Of a DNA stretch of 64,000 nt, positions 55,713 through 64,000 are shown piece by piece; within the stretch, counting starts at the first letter, position 1; every line of letters begins with the position of its first letter. Source of the DNA: Gemmatimonadales bacterium (GTDB lineage Bacteria; Gemmatimonadota; Gemmatimonadetes; Gemmatimonadales; GWC2-71-9). The stretch is from contig OZ252244.1 of the NCBI GenBank assembly GCA_965249575.1, positions 384,001 through 448,000 on the forward strand, given 5' to 3'. Below the pieces are notes generated by a model. The model was not told the origin of the DNA. It worked only from the letters and a program-made list of their open reading frames with translations, and made no database searches. Made by a program: the position numbers and the translations under genes.

Positions 55713-56852
55713 ATGGCGGGTTTCGAGGGCATCAAGTGGGCTCCGCAGCAGATGCGGTATCTGCTGCAGGACAAGTCGTTCGAGCTGACCGACCCGGCTG
55801 CGAAGGCCTCCGCGGTTTCCCGTTCCACTCATTACGGGATGTTTCTGGCGTTCGAGGGCATCCGTTTTTTCATGAAGAAGAACAGCCAGCGACAGCTCGA
55901 GGTCGTCTTTCTGAACGTGCGGAAGAACTTCGAGCGGTTTCGGCGCAGCATGTCCTACAACCTGGGGCGGAGCCAGCAAGGACTCCTTCCAACGGTCGAG
56001 GAGCTGACCGATATCTTCGTCAACCGCTTTTTCAGTGCGCCCGAGATGCGTGAGTTCCTGGAAGAGAGCGCAGACCTCGGCGCCCAGGGGTACCTGCGCC
56101 CGTTCACGCTGGATGAAGAACAGTCGATCGGGGTCACCTTCCCGGGCCAGCCTTCCATTCGAGCCGTCGTGAGCCGCTACGATCGGTATCTCGGCGAGCC
56201 GTTCTCGGGCGTGGCCGTCCCCAACCTCGTTCGTGCCGTCGCCGCCAACGGCACCGGGTGCCTCAAACTGGGCGTCAACTACCTGATGAGCGTAAAGGCC
56301 ATCGACTACGCCAAGTCCATCGTGCCGGACGCGGCCTCGGCGCTGTTCCTAGACGACCAGACGCACATAATGCTCGAGAATCGGCACGTCACCGAGTGGG
56401 ACTCTTCGTGCTGTCTCTTCGCCCTGCGCGACGGCACCGTCATCAAGATCCCCGAAGGCAAGCTGCTCCTCCCATCGATCACGATCTACGGGATCGTGTG
56501 CATTCTCCGACAGATGGGTGTCGAGGTCGTGGAGCGGGAGCTGACCTACGGTGAGCTAGTCGAAAAAGCGAAGGCCAACGAGATCGTCACGGTGTGCAGC
56601 GTCGGCACCGCGGGCATCCTGAGCCGCTGCCAGCAGGTCCTGCTGATCGACGAGAAGGGCAACACGCTCGCGACGCAGACGGCCATACCCGATCACGAGC
56701 TGTACGCCAAGCTCGGCGAGGCGCGGGATTACTACTGGGACATTTACCAGGAAAAGGTCTCGGTTCCCGAAGGCATGGAGCTCAACAAGTACCCGATCGG
56801 CGCGCACGAGCTTGCCCGTACCGCCACCCCCCAGAAGAGCGCGACCAGGTGA
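55713..56852 (+). CDS. class IV aminotransferase (branched-chain-like), divergent
   Basis: HYG...FEG, YLRP, GTG..K..VNY (PLP lysine), LFLD, LLPSIT, GTA. Confidence 0.8.
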   Translation: MAGFEGIKWAPQQMRYLLQDKSFELTDPAAKASAVSRSTHYGMFLAFEGIRFFMKKNSQRQLEVVFLNVRKNFERFRRSMSYNLGRSQQGLLPTVEELTDIFVNRFFSAPEMREFLEESADLGAQGYLRPFTLDEEQSIGVTFPGQPSIRAVVSRYDRYLGEPFSGVAVPNLVRAVAANGTGCLKLGVNYLMSVKAIDYAKSIVPDAASALFLDDQTHIMLENRHVTEWDSSCCLFALRDGTVIKIPEGKLLLPSITIYGIVCILRQMGVEVVERELTYGELVEKAKANEIVTVCSVGTAGILSRCQQVLLIDEKGNTLATQTAIPDHELYAKLGEARDYYWDIYQEKVSVPEGMELNKYPIGAHELARTATPQKSATR

Positions 56853-56957
56853 GCGCGGCAACCGACCTCGCCCGCATCCCGCCGGCTCAGTTCTGCAGTT
56901 ACCTAAAGAACAAAGGCCTCCCCGCGGCCCGGCGATCATCGGGGATTGCTAGAGACG

Positions 56958-57050
56958 GATGGTGGTGAGTGGTGAGTAGGGATTGGTGGTTAGGGGTTAG
57001 GGGCCAGAAACTACGGCTAGAGACCTGAAACCTGACCCCCGACACCTCGC
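56958..57050. repeat. intergenic heptamer tandem repeat tract
   Basis: TGGTGAG TGGTGAG TAGGGAT TGGTGGT TAGGGGT TAGGGGC, then GACCTGA AACCTGA CCCCCGA CACCTCG. Confidence 0.7.
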
Positions 57051-57517
57051 TAACGCCTCTTAAACCGATCGCCAACTGCCAACCACACACACCCCACCCC
57101 CAACGCCAAGCTGAGCGGCGAGTACAGCCAGGTGTCCCAGATCGCGAATTGCGAATCTGAGATCGACTTGAAGAATCCGAGTACCCGAAACTCACCGATC
57201 GCCCGAAGCACAAACACGAGCCCGAGCGCCGCGCACGAAAACCTTACCAGGCGCGGTGTGATGTTGGCGAAGATGAGACGGCCACGTGCAAGAACGATCA
57301 AGGCAGCTAGGGCAAGGGCCACCGCGACTGTCAAGGAACCGAATGCAGAGGGCCTGGGCTGCGGCCTCCCAGGCATAGCCGGCATAACCGCTGTTGGGGC
57401 ATCGCCAACTGCCCAAGCAATGTGGAATGCGCTCAGCACCGCAAACACGACCGCCAGGGCGATCGATACCACTCTCACCCGATGGGCGGCTAGTGTCTCG
57501 GTTTGGCTATCTCGCAC
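57050..57517 (-). CDS. DUF3995-like membrane protein
   Basis: H..WA.G, RAIGEF...GFFK....S.FA.WD..LYSPL. Confidence 0.75.
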   Translation of the reverse strand: MRDSQTETLAAHRVRVVSIALAVVFAVLSAFHIAWAVGDAPTAVMPAMPGRPQPRPSAFGSLTVAVALALAALIVLARGRLIFANITPRLVRFSCAALGLVFVLRAIGEFRVLGFFKSISDSQFAIWDTWLYSPLSLALGVGCVWLAVGDRFKRR

Positions 57518-57519
57518 CG

Positions 57520-57640
57520 GAACCTATCCCCTTACTCCCTGATCCCTAACCCCTAACTCCTGGCACCTGGCACCTGGCACTTGGCACTTGGCACCTGGCA
57601 CGTGGCACGTGGCACGTGGCACCCCATTCCCTATCCCACT
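57520..57640. repeat. heptamer tandem repeat, longest near-perfect run
   Basis: about nine consecutive TGGCAC[C/T/G] units at 57561-57622, flanked by CCCTAAC-type units. Confidence 0.9.
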
Positions 57641-58596
57641 CTGGAGAAGAAGTACACCGCCAACCCATTCGGGTCGCTCACAATGAAGCTGCGATGCCCC
57701 CACGTTTGCGTTTTCAGCCCTTCCTTCACAGGGACATTTCGGGCGAGCACACGCCCGTACAACTCGTCCACTTGCTCGACCTCAATGACTATCCAGATGC
57801 CTTGCGGGGGTCTGGAATCCCAGGCAGTATCGCTTCCCTTCTGCTGAGGAGTCGCAATCACCTCGACGATCCCGGAGGCGGCGCGGAAGAGCGTGCCTCG
57901 GTCGTCTCGGCCACGATCCCAGCTCTCCGCGACGGGGAGCTCGAGCGAGTCGCCATAAAATGCTGTCGTCGCTTCGTAATCCTGTGCGAAGAAGGCACAC
58001 CGGAACTCGCCGTTTGTCATCCCCATCTCCTTACGAGTCGTCTCGAGTGTGAAATACCCGCGAGGCCCGGGATGGGGACCTGCCAACGGCGATTCCGGGC
58101 CCGTATCACCGTCGATCGTCCTTCGCTTGACCGAGCTAGCAGTCAGGCGATAGCGGATAAAACGCTCACCATCAACGATGCCCTCCCCGTCCCGGCGAAA
58201 GCCCAATCGCAAAATCCCGGCCACGCGCGTCCGAGTTGGAGGGAGGAGCATGATGACCGAATCGACGCCGAGCTCCTCGAAGGCATGGTCGACGATGCGT
58301 GGGTAGAGGGCTCTCGCCGCCCCCCAGCAGCTCGGATCAAGCACCATCCCAACGTCTGCGTCGTCACCCTCCGGCTGCAATCCACCCCAGCCGATGAACT
58401 CCTCGTTAAGAAAGAACGCCCAGGGCCCGTAACCGTTCTCTTTCCACATTCGCTCCTTTGCCGCCATGAATTTTTCGCACTCGGCCGGACCGAAGTGGCC
58501 TCGTGCCAGGGGAAGGTGACGGCGTACCCGGGGGTCGTTCATGAGCCGCATGACCGCCTCGGGATCGACTTCAGTGAGACGTTTGAAGACGATCAT
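57631..58596 (-). CDS. RimJ/RimL-type GNAT acetyltransferase in frame with a VOC/glyoxalase domain
   Basis: GYGPWAF..FIGWGGL, then FYGD.L.L and Q.WGHRSF.V.DPNG; a second RBS and ATG at 58020. Confidence 0.75.
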   Translation of the reverse strand: MIVFKRLTEVDPEAVMRLMNDPRVRRHLPLARGHFGPAECEKFMAAKERMWKENGYGPWAFFLNEEFIGWGGLQPEGDDADVGMVLDPSCWGAARALYPRIVDHAFEELGVDSVIMLLPPTRTRVAGILRLGFRRDGEGIVDGERFIRYRLTASSVKRRTIDGDTGPESPLAGPHPGPRGYFTLETTRKEMGMTNGEFRCAFFAQDYEATTAFYGDSLELPVAESWDRGRDDRGTLFRAASGIVEVIATPQQKGSDTAWDSRPPQGIWIVIEVEQVDELYGRVLARNVPVKEGLKTQTWGHRSFIVSDPNGLAVYFFSRVG

Positions 58597-58654
58597 TTGG
58601 TAGTCGCGCCCTATCATGCTCTGACCCGGCGATCGACGTTCGCCTCAATTCCGC

Positions 58655-59506
58655 TCAACGGGTCCTTCGAAAGACTTGCTTCACCCTTCGCTCGCCCAGG
58701 GTGTCACTCACCGTGCGATCGAGTACCAACGTCTGCCGGTTGTCCATCATCTGGATGCGGTCTACCGCAGTGAACTCACCGCCTCGAGTGACCGCGCTGG
58801 TTCTCATGACCAACACGGCCCACTCCCACATGGCGGTGCTGCGGCGAACTTCGCCGGGCAACTCGTTGACACACTCCTGGCCGTCAGTGGTGCAGCTGAA
58901 GGAGAACTGGCGCGGCCCCTGGTCGTCCTCCACGGCAACTGTTACCGCGATTTCCGGATCCTGGTGGTCGACCGTCCAGGTCCAGACTATGTCCCGCGCG
59001 GGCGCCCCCCCGATCATTCGGCTCTCACCGGGATCGAGCCTCCAAACACCGGTCAGGACTGGGGGCGGCGGCGGTCGGTTCGAGTTGTCCATGTCGGAAA
59101 AGATGAACCATCGCCCACAAGGCCCTTTCTGGAGCGTGAGCGTGAACTTCCCGGCATCGGGATCGCTGTGCTTCTCGGCGTAGCCGCCGATTATGTAGGC
59201 GACCGAGCGGCTGATCTCGTACGCGATTGCGCGAAGAGCGAGCGGCCCACGACCTCCGCCATAGTAATCAGCGATTGCAGCGCGACCGCGGATTGGGGGG
59301 CGACCGCCCGAGAGCACAAACCCATCCTCCGCGAAGAGCGCGGCCAGCTCCGCCCCTCCGGCGCGATAGGCACTTTCGTAGTCGGTGAGAACCCGGGCGA
59401 GCTCGGCGGGAAGCTCCACACTGGGAGAGAGCGACACCGCACCCTGTTGTGCAGTGGCGGAGAAAGCGAGAAATGTGAGAAAGCTTGTGGCGATCAACGT
59501 GGGCAT
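58655..59506 (-). CDS. secreted SnoaL/DUF4440-domain protein with an extra beta-barrel-like domain
   Basis: signal peptide, LF.EDG......P.RGR.AI, W.I.SDMDN, poly-Pro linker, LTGVW.LD..ES. Confidence 0.65.
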   Translation of the reverse strand: MPTLIATSFLTFLAFSATAQQGAVSLSPSVELPAELARVLTDYESAYRAGGAELAALFAEDGFVLSGGRPPIRGRAAIADYYGGGRGPLALRAIAYEISRSVAYIIGGYAEKHSDPDAGKFTLTLQKGPCGRWFIFSDMDNSNRPPPPPVLTGVWRLDPGESRMIGGAPARDIVWTWTVDHQDPEIAVTVAVEDDQGPRQFSFSCTTDGQECVNELPGEVRRSTAMWEWAVLVMRTSAVTRGGEFTAVDRIQMMDNRQTLVLDRTVSDTLGERRVKQVFRRTR

Positions 59507-59577
59507 GCCGTCCCCTCCGTCGCCGGCCGGCTCGGGTACTCAGCTCGGGACCTTTCGCCCGTCGCCCCGCACCAATC

Positions 59578-60744
59578 TCAGTGCGCGTACAGCCCGCGCG
59601 CGATGACCATGCGCTGGATCTCGCTCGTCCCCTCGTAGATCTGGATCACCTTCGCATCGCGGAACAGACGCTCGACCGGATAGTCCCGCATGTACCCGTA
59701 CCCACCAAAAATCTGTACCGCCTCCGTCGTCACCCACATGGCGCACTCCGACGCGAAGAGCTTTGCCATGCTGGCGATCGTCGTCGCCTTCTCGCCGCGG
59801 TCAGCCGTGTGGGCGGCCTCGTGCAGCAACGAGCGGGAGGCCGCGACGTGGGTGGCCATGTCGGCGAGCTTGAACTGGATGGCCTGAAAATCCTTGAGCG
59901 GGGTCTCGAACTGCTTGCGCTCGGCGGCGTACGTGAGGGAATGCTCCAACGCCGCTCGCGCGATGCCGAGTGCCTGAGCCGCCGCGCCCATTCGGCCGCG
60001 GTCGAGACCCTCGAGCGCGTAGATGAATCCGCTTCCCACGTCGCCCAAGAGGTGTTCCGGCCCGAGCCGGACGTCGTTCAGCGCGAGCGTGGTCGTATGA
60101 GACGCCCGAAGCCCCATATTGTCTTCCGGCTTCCCCGGCTCCACGCCTGGTGTGTCGGCCGGAAGGATGAACGTCGAGATGCCGTGGGCGCCCTTGGGAT
60201 CGTCGGGCGAATCCGTCCGCGCCATCAGGAGAATCACGTCGGCCGTGTCCCCGTTCGTCACCCACGCCTTGGTCCCTTCCAGTACCCAGCTCTCCCCATC
60301 GAGCCGCGCTCGGGCCTTGAGCGAGGCGGCGTCCGACCCACTGTCGGCCTCCGACAGTGAGAACGCCGCGAGGAGTTCGCCGGTCGCCATGGGCTTGAGC
60401 CAGCGGTCCTTCTGCTCGGGGGTCCCGTGCTGGAGCAACATCCCGGAGGCGATCGAGTTGTGAATGCTCAGCGAGATCGCGACGCCCGCGTCGGCGGTCG
60501 CGATTTCCTCGACCACCATCAGGTACGTGAGCGTGTCCAGACCGAGGCCGTCGTAGTCCTCCGGAATGAGCATCCCATAGAATCCGAGCTCGGCAAGCTT
60601 TCGCATCGTTTCTGCAGGGTACTCGGCCTTGCGATCCCACTCGGCCGCGTAGGGTGCGATCTCGCTCTGCGCGAAATCGCGTGCCAGCGCCACGATCTCA
60701 CGACGCTGCTCCTCGGTGTGATTCTCCAGCTCAACGGTTGTCAT
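59578..60744 (-). CDS. acyl-CoA dehydrogenase
   Basis: [52 protein letters not shown]. Confidence 0.95.
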   Translation of the reverse strand: MTTVELENHTEEQRREIVALARDFAQSEIAPYAAEWDRKAEYPAETMRKLAELGFYGMLIPEDYDGLGLDTLTYLMVVEEIATADAGVAISLSIHNSIASGMLLQHGTPEQKDRWLKPMATGELLAAFSLSEADSGSDAASLKARARLDGESWVLEGTKAWVTNGDTADVILLMARTDSPDDPKGAHGISTFILPADTPGVEPGKPEDNMGLRASHTTTLALNDVRLGPEHLLGDVGSGFIYALEGLDRGRMGAAAQALGIARAALEHSLTYAAERKQFETPLKDFQAIQFKLADMATHVAASRSLLHEAAHTADRGEKATTIASMAKLFASECAMWVTTEAVQIFGGYGYMRDYPVERLFRDAKVIQIYEGTSEIQRMVIARGLYAH

Positions 60745-60873
60745 AGAATCCGCGCCCGCGTTTTCGACCGAGCTGCCCCGCGGCTACCACCCTTCCGGAG
60801 CAAAGGATCATGGACGGTATTTGTCGTCTCCCAACCCGTCACGCAACACCCCGAGGATCGAAGGAGGACCGTT

Positions 60874-61701
60874 TCAAGTCGTCCCCTCTCGAGCGCGATC
60901 GGGCATTGCCCGGCGCCGAAGCACGCTCCGGGCCAGGAGGATCGTGACGCCGGCCATCACGAGGGTGCTGGCCACGCCGCCCTCCGGCCCGAAATCTCCG
61001 CCCGTAAGCCACGCCGCGGTGCCGGCGCCGTACTCGAGAGCGGGAAGCTCGAAGCCAACGCCGCTCACGGGCGCATCCGCCCCGACCCCCAGTCCCCAGT
61101 TCCAGCCGAGGTGCAATCCCCAGGCCGCCGGGAGACCACCGGGAGTGAAGAACGCGGCACTCAGGACCAGCGAGGCGAGCGCGATGTTTGCGAGCCCGAG
61201 CCCGGTGACCTCGGGATTGGCAAGATGTGCCAGCGCAAACAACAGCGCCAGGCCGGCACTAGCCGGCACCGGGCCGACGACCTCGGCCAGCCTGGCCAGC
61301 GGGAACCCGCGGAACAGGAGCTCCTCCGCCAGCGCGGCGACCGCGAGCCCCGCTGTTACGCCCAGGGCCGCGAACGCGTAGGCCGACACTGGTTCGCCGG
61401 TGATCCCGACGCGGGCACCGCCGAACGCGACGCCCACGAACAGCACCGCCGCGGCCATGCCGAGACCGATCGCGCTTCCCCACCCGAACCACACCGTCGA
61501 GCGCCGCACCCCGGGCCATCCCATCCAGGCCCCCGTGCGCCACTTCGCAAGCACCCAGATGCCGTTCGCAATCGCGGCTGCCGCCGCGAGTTGTGCCAGC
61601 TGAGGCACGAAAGGAGGCGCCCACTCGCTCCCCAGGCCCTCCGGCCACAACAACCCCAGCACTGCCCACAGCACGGCCACGACACCGTAGTACCCAAACA
61701 C
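60874..61701 (-). CDS. CPBP family intramembrane metalloprotease (start may lie about 60 bp upstream)
   Basis: EELLFRG, FALAH..NP, H.GWN, GPEG. Confidence 0.85.
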   Translation of the reverse strand: MFGYYGVVAVLWAVLGLLWPEGLGSEWAPPFVPQLAQLAAAAAIANGIWVLAKWRTGAWMGWPGVRRSTVWFGWGSAIGLGMAAAVLFVGVAFGGARVGITGEPVSAYAFAALGVTAGLAVAALAEELLFRGFPLARLAEVVGPVPASAGLALLFALAHLANPEVTGLGLANIALASLVLSAAFFTPGGLPAAWGLHLGWNWGLGVGADAPVSGVGFELPALEYGAGTAAWLTGGDFGPEGGVASTLVMAGVTILLARSVLRRRAMPDRAREGTT

Positions 61702-61757
61702 CGCGAGGACCGCGTGCCCGGTCGCAAGCGCCCGCTCGGGAAAGAACCCGCGGTCCG

Positions 61758-62324
61758 TCAGAGAAGGTCGCGAACCGCGCCGCCAAGTCGGCGGATGATC
61801 ACGGATGCCAGCAGAACCTTGACGGCGTCGCCCGCCAAGAACGGGAGGGATCCCAATCGGAGGGCCGCCCCGACGTCCCCGCCCAGCGCCGCGAGGTGCG
61901 CCACCCCACCCAAGTGAATGATGATCACGCCAATCAACGCGCCCCCGACGACGTTGGCCCAGCTTTGACGGGCCGCGATCTGTCCGACCGCGACCGCAGC
62001 CACCGGGAACGCGAGCAGGTAGCCGCCCGTGGGGCCGAGGAGGCGAGCGAGCCCCGGCAATCCAACAGGCGCGAACACCGGTATCCCAGCCGCTCCGATG
62101 GCCAGATAGGTCACCAGGCTCGCCGCCGCCAGCCGAGGCCCCAAGAGTCCACCGACGACCAGTACCGCCGGCACCTGGAACGTCAACGGGACCGGTGTGC
62201 CCGGAAGGGGCACCGCGGCCTGCGCGCCCAGTGCCACCAGGAGCACGCCGGCGCCCACCGCCGCCACGCGGCGCCAGACCCCGAGGGAGATCGCGCGTGT
62301 AGAGACGGTGCGAGCGTTATGCAC
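61758..62324 (-). CDS. bioY: biotin transporter BioY
   Basis: PVPLTFQ, YL.IG..G.PVF, GPTGGYL, PF..GD.VK. Confidence 0.9.
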   Translation of the reverse strand: MHNARTVSTRAISLGVWRRVAAVGAGVLLVALGAQAAVPLPGTPVPLTFQVPAVLVVGGLLGPRLAAASLVTYLAIGAAGIPVFAPVGLPGLARLLGPTGGYLLAFPVAAVAVGQIAARQSWANVVGGALIGVIIIHLGGVAHLAALGGDVGAALRLGSLPFLAGDAVKVLLASVIIRRLGGAVRDLL

Positions 62325-62486
62325 TGATCCGAATCCTCGGTGCGCGGTGACGAGCGTGTTGCGCCCTGCGCCGGCGAGTCCCGAAGCGCGCGTCGGTGGG
62401 GCCTGTCCCGTGACCGATCGGCCACCCACAAGCGAACCGCAGGGCGCGGTGGGACACGCCGGCTGGGGCGCTCCGCGCGCAGTGAA

Positions 62487-63686
62487 TCACGCCCGCTCGA
62501 CGCTCAGGGCCACGGCGTTTCCGCCCCCGAGGCACAGCGTCGCGAGTCCCGTAGCGGCGTCCCGGTCTTTCATCGCATACAGGAGCGTCGTCAGGACGCG
62601 CGCGCCGCTCGCGCCGATGGGGTGGCCGAGTGCCACGGCGCCGCCGTTCACGTTGACGCGATCCCAATCGAATCCGAGTGCCCGCCCGTCGGCGAGCGTC
62701 TGGACGGCAAACGCCTCGTTCACCTCGATGAGATCGTAATCGCTGACTTTCGACTTGGCTTTCGCCATGAGGTTCTCGACCGCAACGATCGGCGCAAAGA
62801 ACAAGTCCTTGGGCTCGCCCCCACCGGTCGCGTAGGCAGTCACCCGCCCCAGCACCTCGAGACCGTGTGCCGCCGCGAAGGCCTCGGACGTGACGACGAG
62901 GGCGCTCGCCCCATCGTTCAGCCCCGGGGCGTTACCTGCCGTAACGGTCCCATTTTTCTCGAACGCGGGCTTTAGCGCCGCAAGCGCCTCGGCGGAGGTG
63001 CCCTTACGCGGGCTCTCGTCCTTGTCGATCACCGCCGAGCCCTTCCGCCCACGCACCTCGACCGGCACGATCTCGGCTGAGAACCGGCAGCTCTCGATGG
63101 CATCCACCGCCTTGCGATGGCTCTCGAGCGCGAACTGATCCTGCTCTTCCCGCGTGACCTTCGCCTTCTGGGCTGTGTACTCGGCATGCACGCCCATGTG
63201 GCAGTCGCCGAAAGAGCACCAGAGACCGTCGTGGATCACGCCGTCGAGTATCTGTTGGTGGCCGAACTTCACGCCCTTGCGAAGACCGTACTGATAGTGG
63301 GGCGCCGTGGACATGGATTCCATGCCGCCTGCCAGGATGCACTGCGCATCCCCCGCCTTGATGGCCTGGGCGGCAAGCATCACGGCCTTCAGGCCGGAGC
63401 CGCACACCTTGTTGATCGTCATCGCTGGCACGGTGCCCGGAACCCTGCCGAGGATGGCCGCCTGGCGGGCGGGGGCCTGGCCGGAGCCGCCCTGCACCAC
63501 GTTACCCAGAATGACCTCTTCGATGGCGGACGGCTCGATCCCGGCCCGCTCGACGGCCTCCCGCACGACGATGGCGCCCAGGTCCGGTGCCCTCAGCGAG
63601 CTCAGGCCGCCCAGGTATCGCCCGATCGGCGTCCGCGTAGCGCTCACGATGACAGCCGTTCGATCCTTCTCAGTCATAGACAACAT
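62487..63686 (-). CDS. acetyl-CoA C-acetyltransferase (thiolase)
   Basis: [43 protein letters not shown]. Confidence 0.95.
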   Translation of the reverse strand: MLSMTEKDRTAVIVSATRTPIGRYLGGLSSLRAPDLGAIVVREAVERAGIEPSAIEEVILGNVVQGGSGQAPARQAAILGRVPGTVPAMTINKVCGSGLKAVMLAAQAIKAGDAQCILAGGMESMSTAPHYQYGLRKGVKFGHQQILDGVIHDGLWCSFGDCHMGVHAEYTAQKAKVTREEQDQFALESHRKAVDAIESCRFSAEIVPVEVRGRKGSAVIDKDESPRKGTSAEALAALKPAFEKNGTVTAGNAPGLNDGASALVVTSEAFAAAHGLEVLGRVTAYATGGGEPKDLFFAPIVAVENLMAKAKSKVSDYDLIEVNEAFAVQTLADGRALGFDWDRVNVNGGAVALGHPIGASGARVLTTLLYAMKDRDAATGLATLCLGGGNAVALSVERA

Positions 63687-63770
63687 CCCTCAAATATCCT
63701 CGCATGATATAACGCCAATCCGCGCGCCCGAGTTCGTGCGCGGGCAGAATAGCCACCGGTGCCGACCGCC

Positions 63771-64000
63771 TCAACCCTCACCACCGAGGGAGCTGGCGCG
63801 CGTTTGAATCTCCCGCCGGACCCGTGCGAGGAACTCGTCTACTCCGACGATCTCCTGCTTCTTCTTGTTGGCGCCACGGACCCGAACCGCCACGGTACCC
63901 TGCTCGACCTCCCGTTTCCCCACAACGGCCATGTACGGGACCTTCATCAGCCCCCCGTCCCGAATCCGATAGTTCAGGGTGTCGCTCCGCCCATCCACCA
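63771..64000 (-). CDS. thrS: threonine-tRNA ligase, 3' end (partial)
   Basis: anticodon-binding domain LNYRIRD....KVPYM.VVG.RE....V.VR. Confidence 0.85.
   Translation of the reverse strand, partial: VDGRSDTLNYRIRDGGLMKVPYMAVVGKREVEQGTVAVRVRGANKKKQEIVGVDEFLARVRREIQTRASSLGGEG

Overview
High-GC bacterial chromosome segment, most consistent with a Gemmatimonadota genome. This is inferred from the protein families and the glyA-rpiB-Minf_1886-nnr-thiL-plsC-eno-ftsB gene order. Bases 1-18 kb hold an frdABCD operon, a peptide uptake/hydrolase cluster (POT transporter, M24, S9, CocE), two secreted His-rich beta-propeller paralogues, and thiC with a TPP riboswitch. Bases 18-38 kb are an accessory zone with many decayed genes (frameshifts, nonsense codons, internal deletions), a third propeller paralogue, a knottin-like lipopeptide and pilin genes. 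Bases 37869-46336 are a genomic island integrated at the 3' end of tRNA-Met(CAT), bounded by a 46-bp direct repeat and filled with gene fragments. Its tyrosine integrase has an intact ORF but substitutions at three catalytic positions. A paired TGTGCCT motif in the integrase 3' end recurs at the far end of the island and also flanks a foreign-looking gene outside it. Bases 46-64 kb are mostly core housekeeping genes (ftsB, eno, plsC, thiL, nnr, glyA, interrupted rpiB, acyl-CoA dehydrogenase, bioY, thiolase, thrS 3' end). Seven intergenic tracts of inverted heptamer repeats are spread across the window. No CRISPR array or rRNA was seen. All calls rest on motif recognition by eye; no database searches were run.
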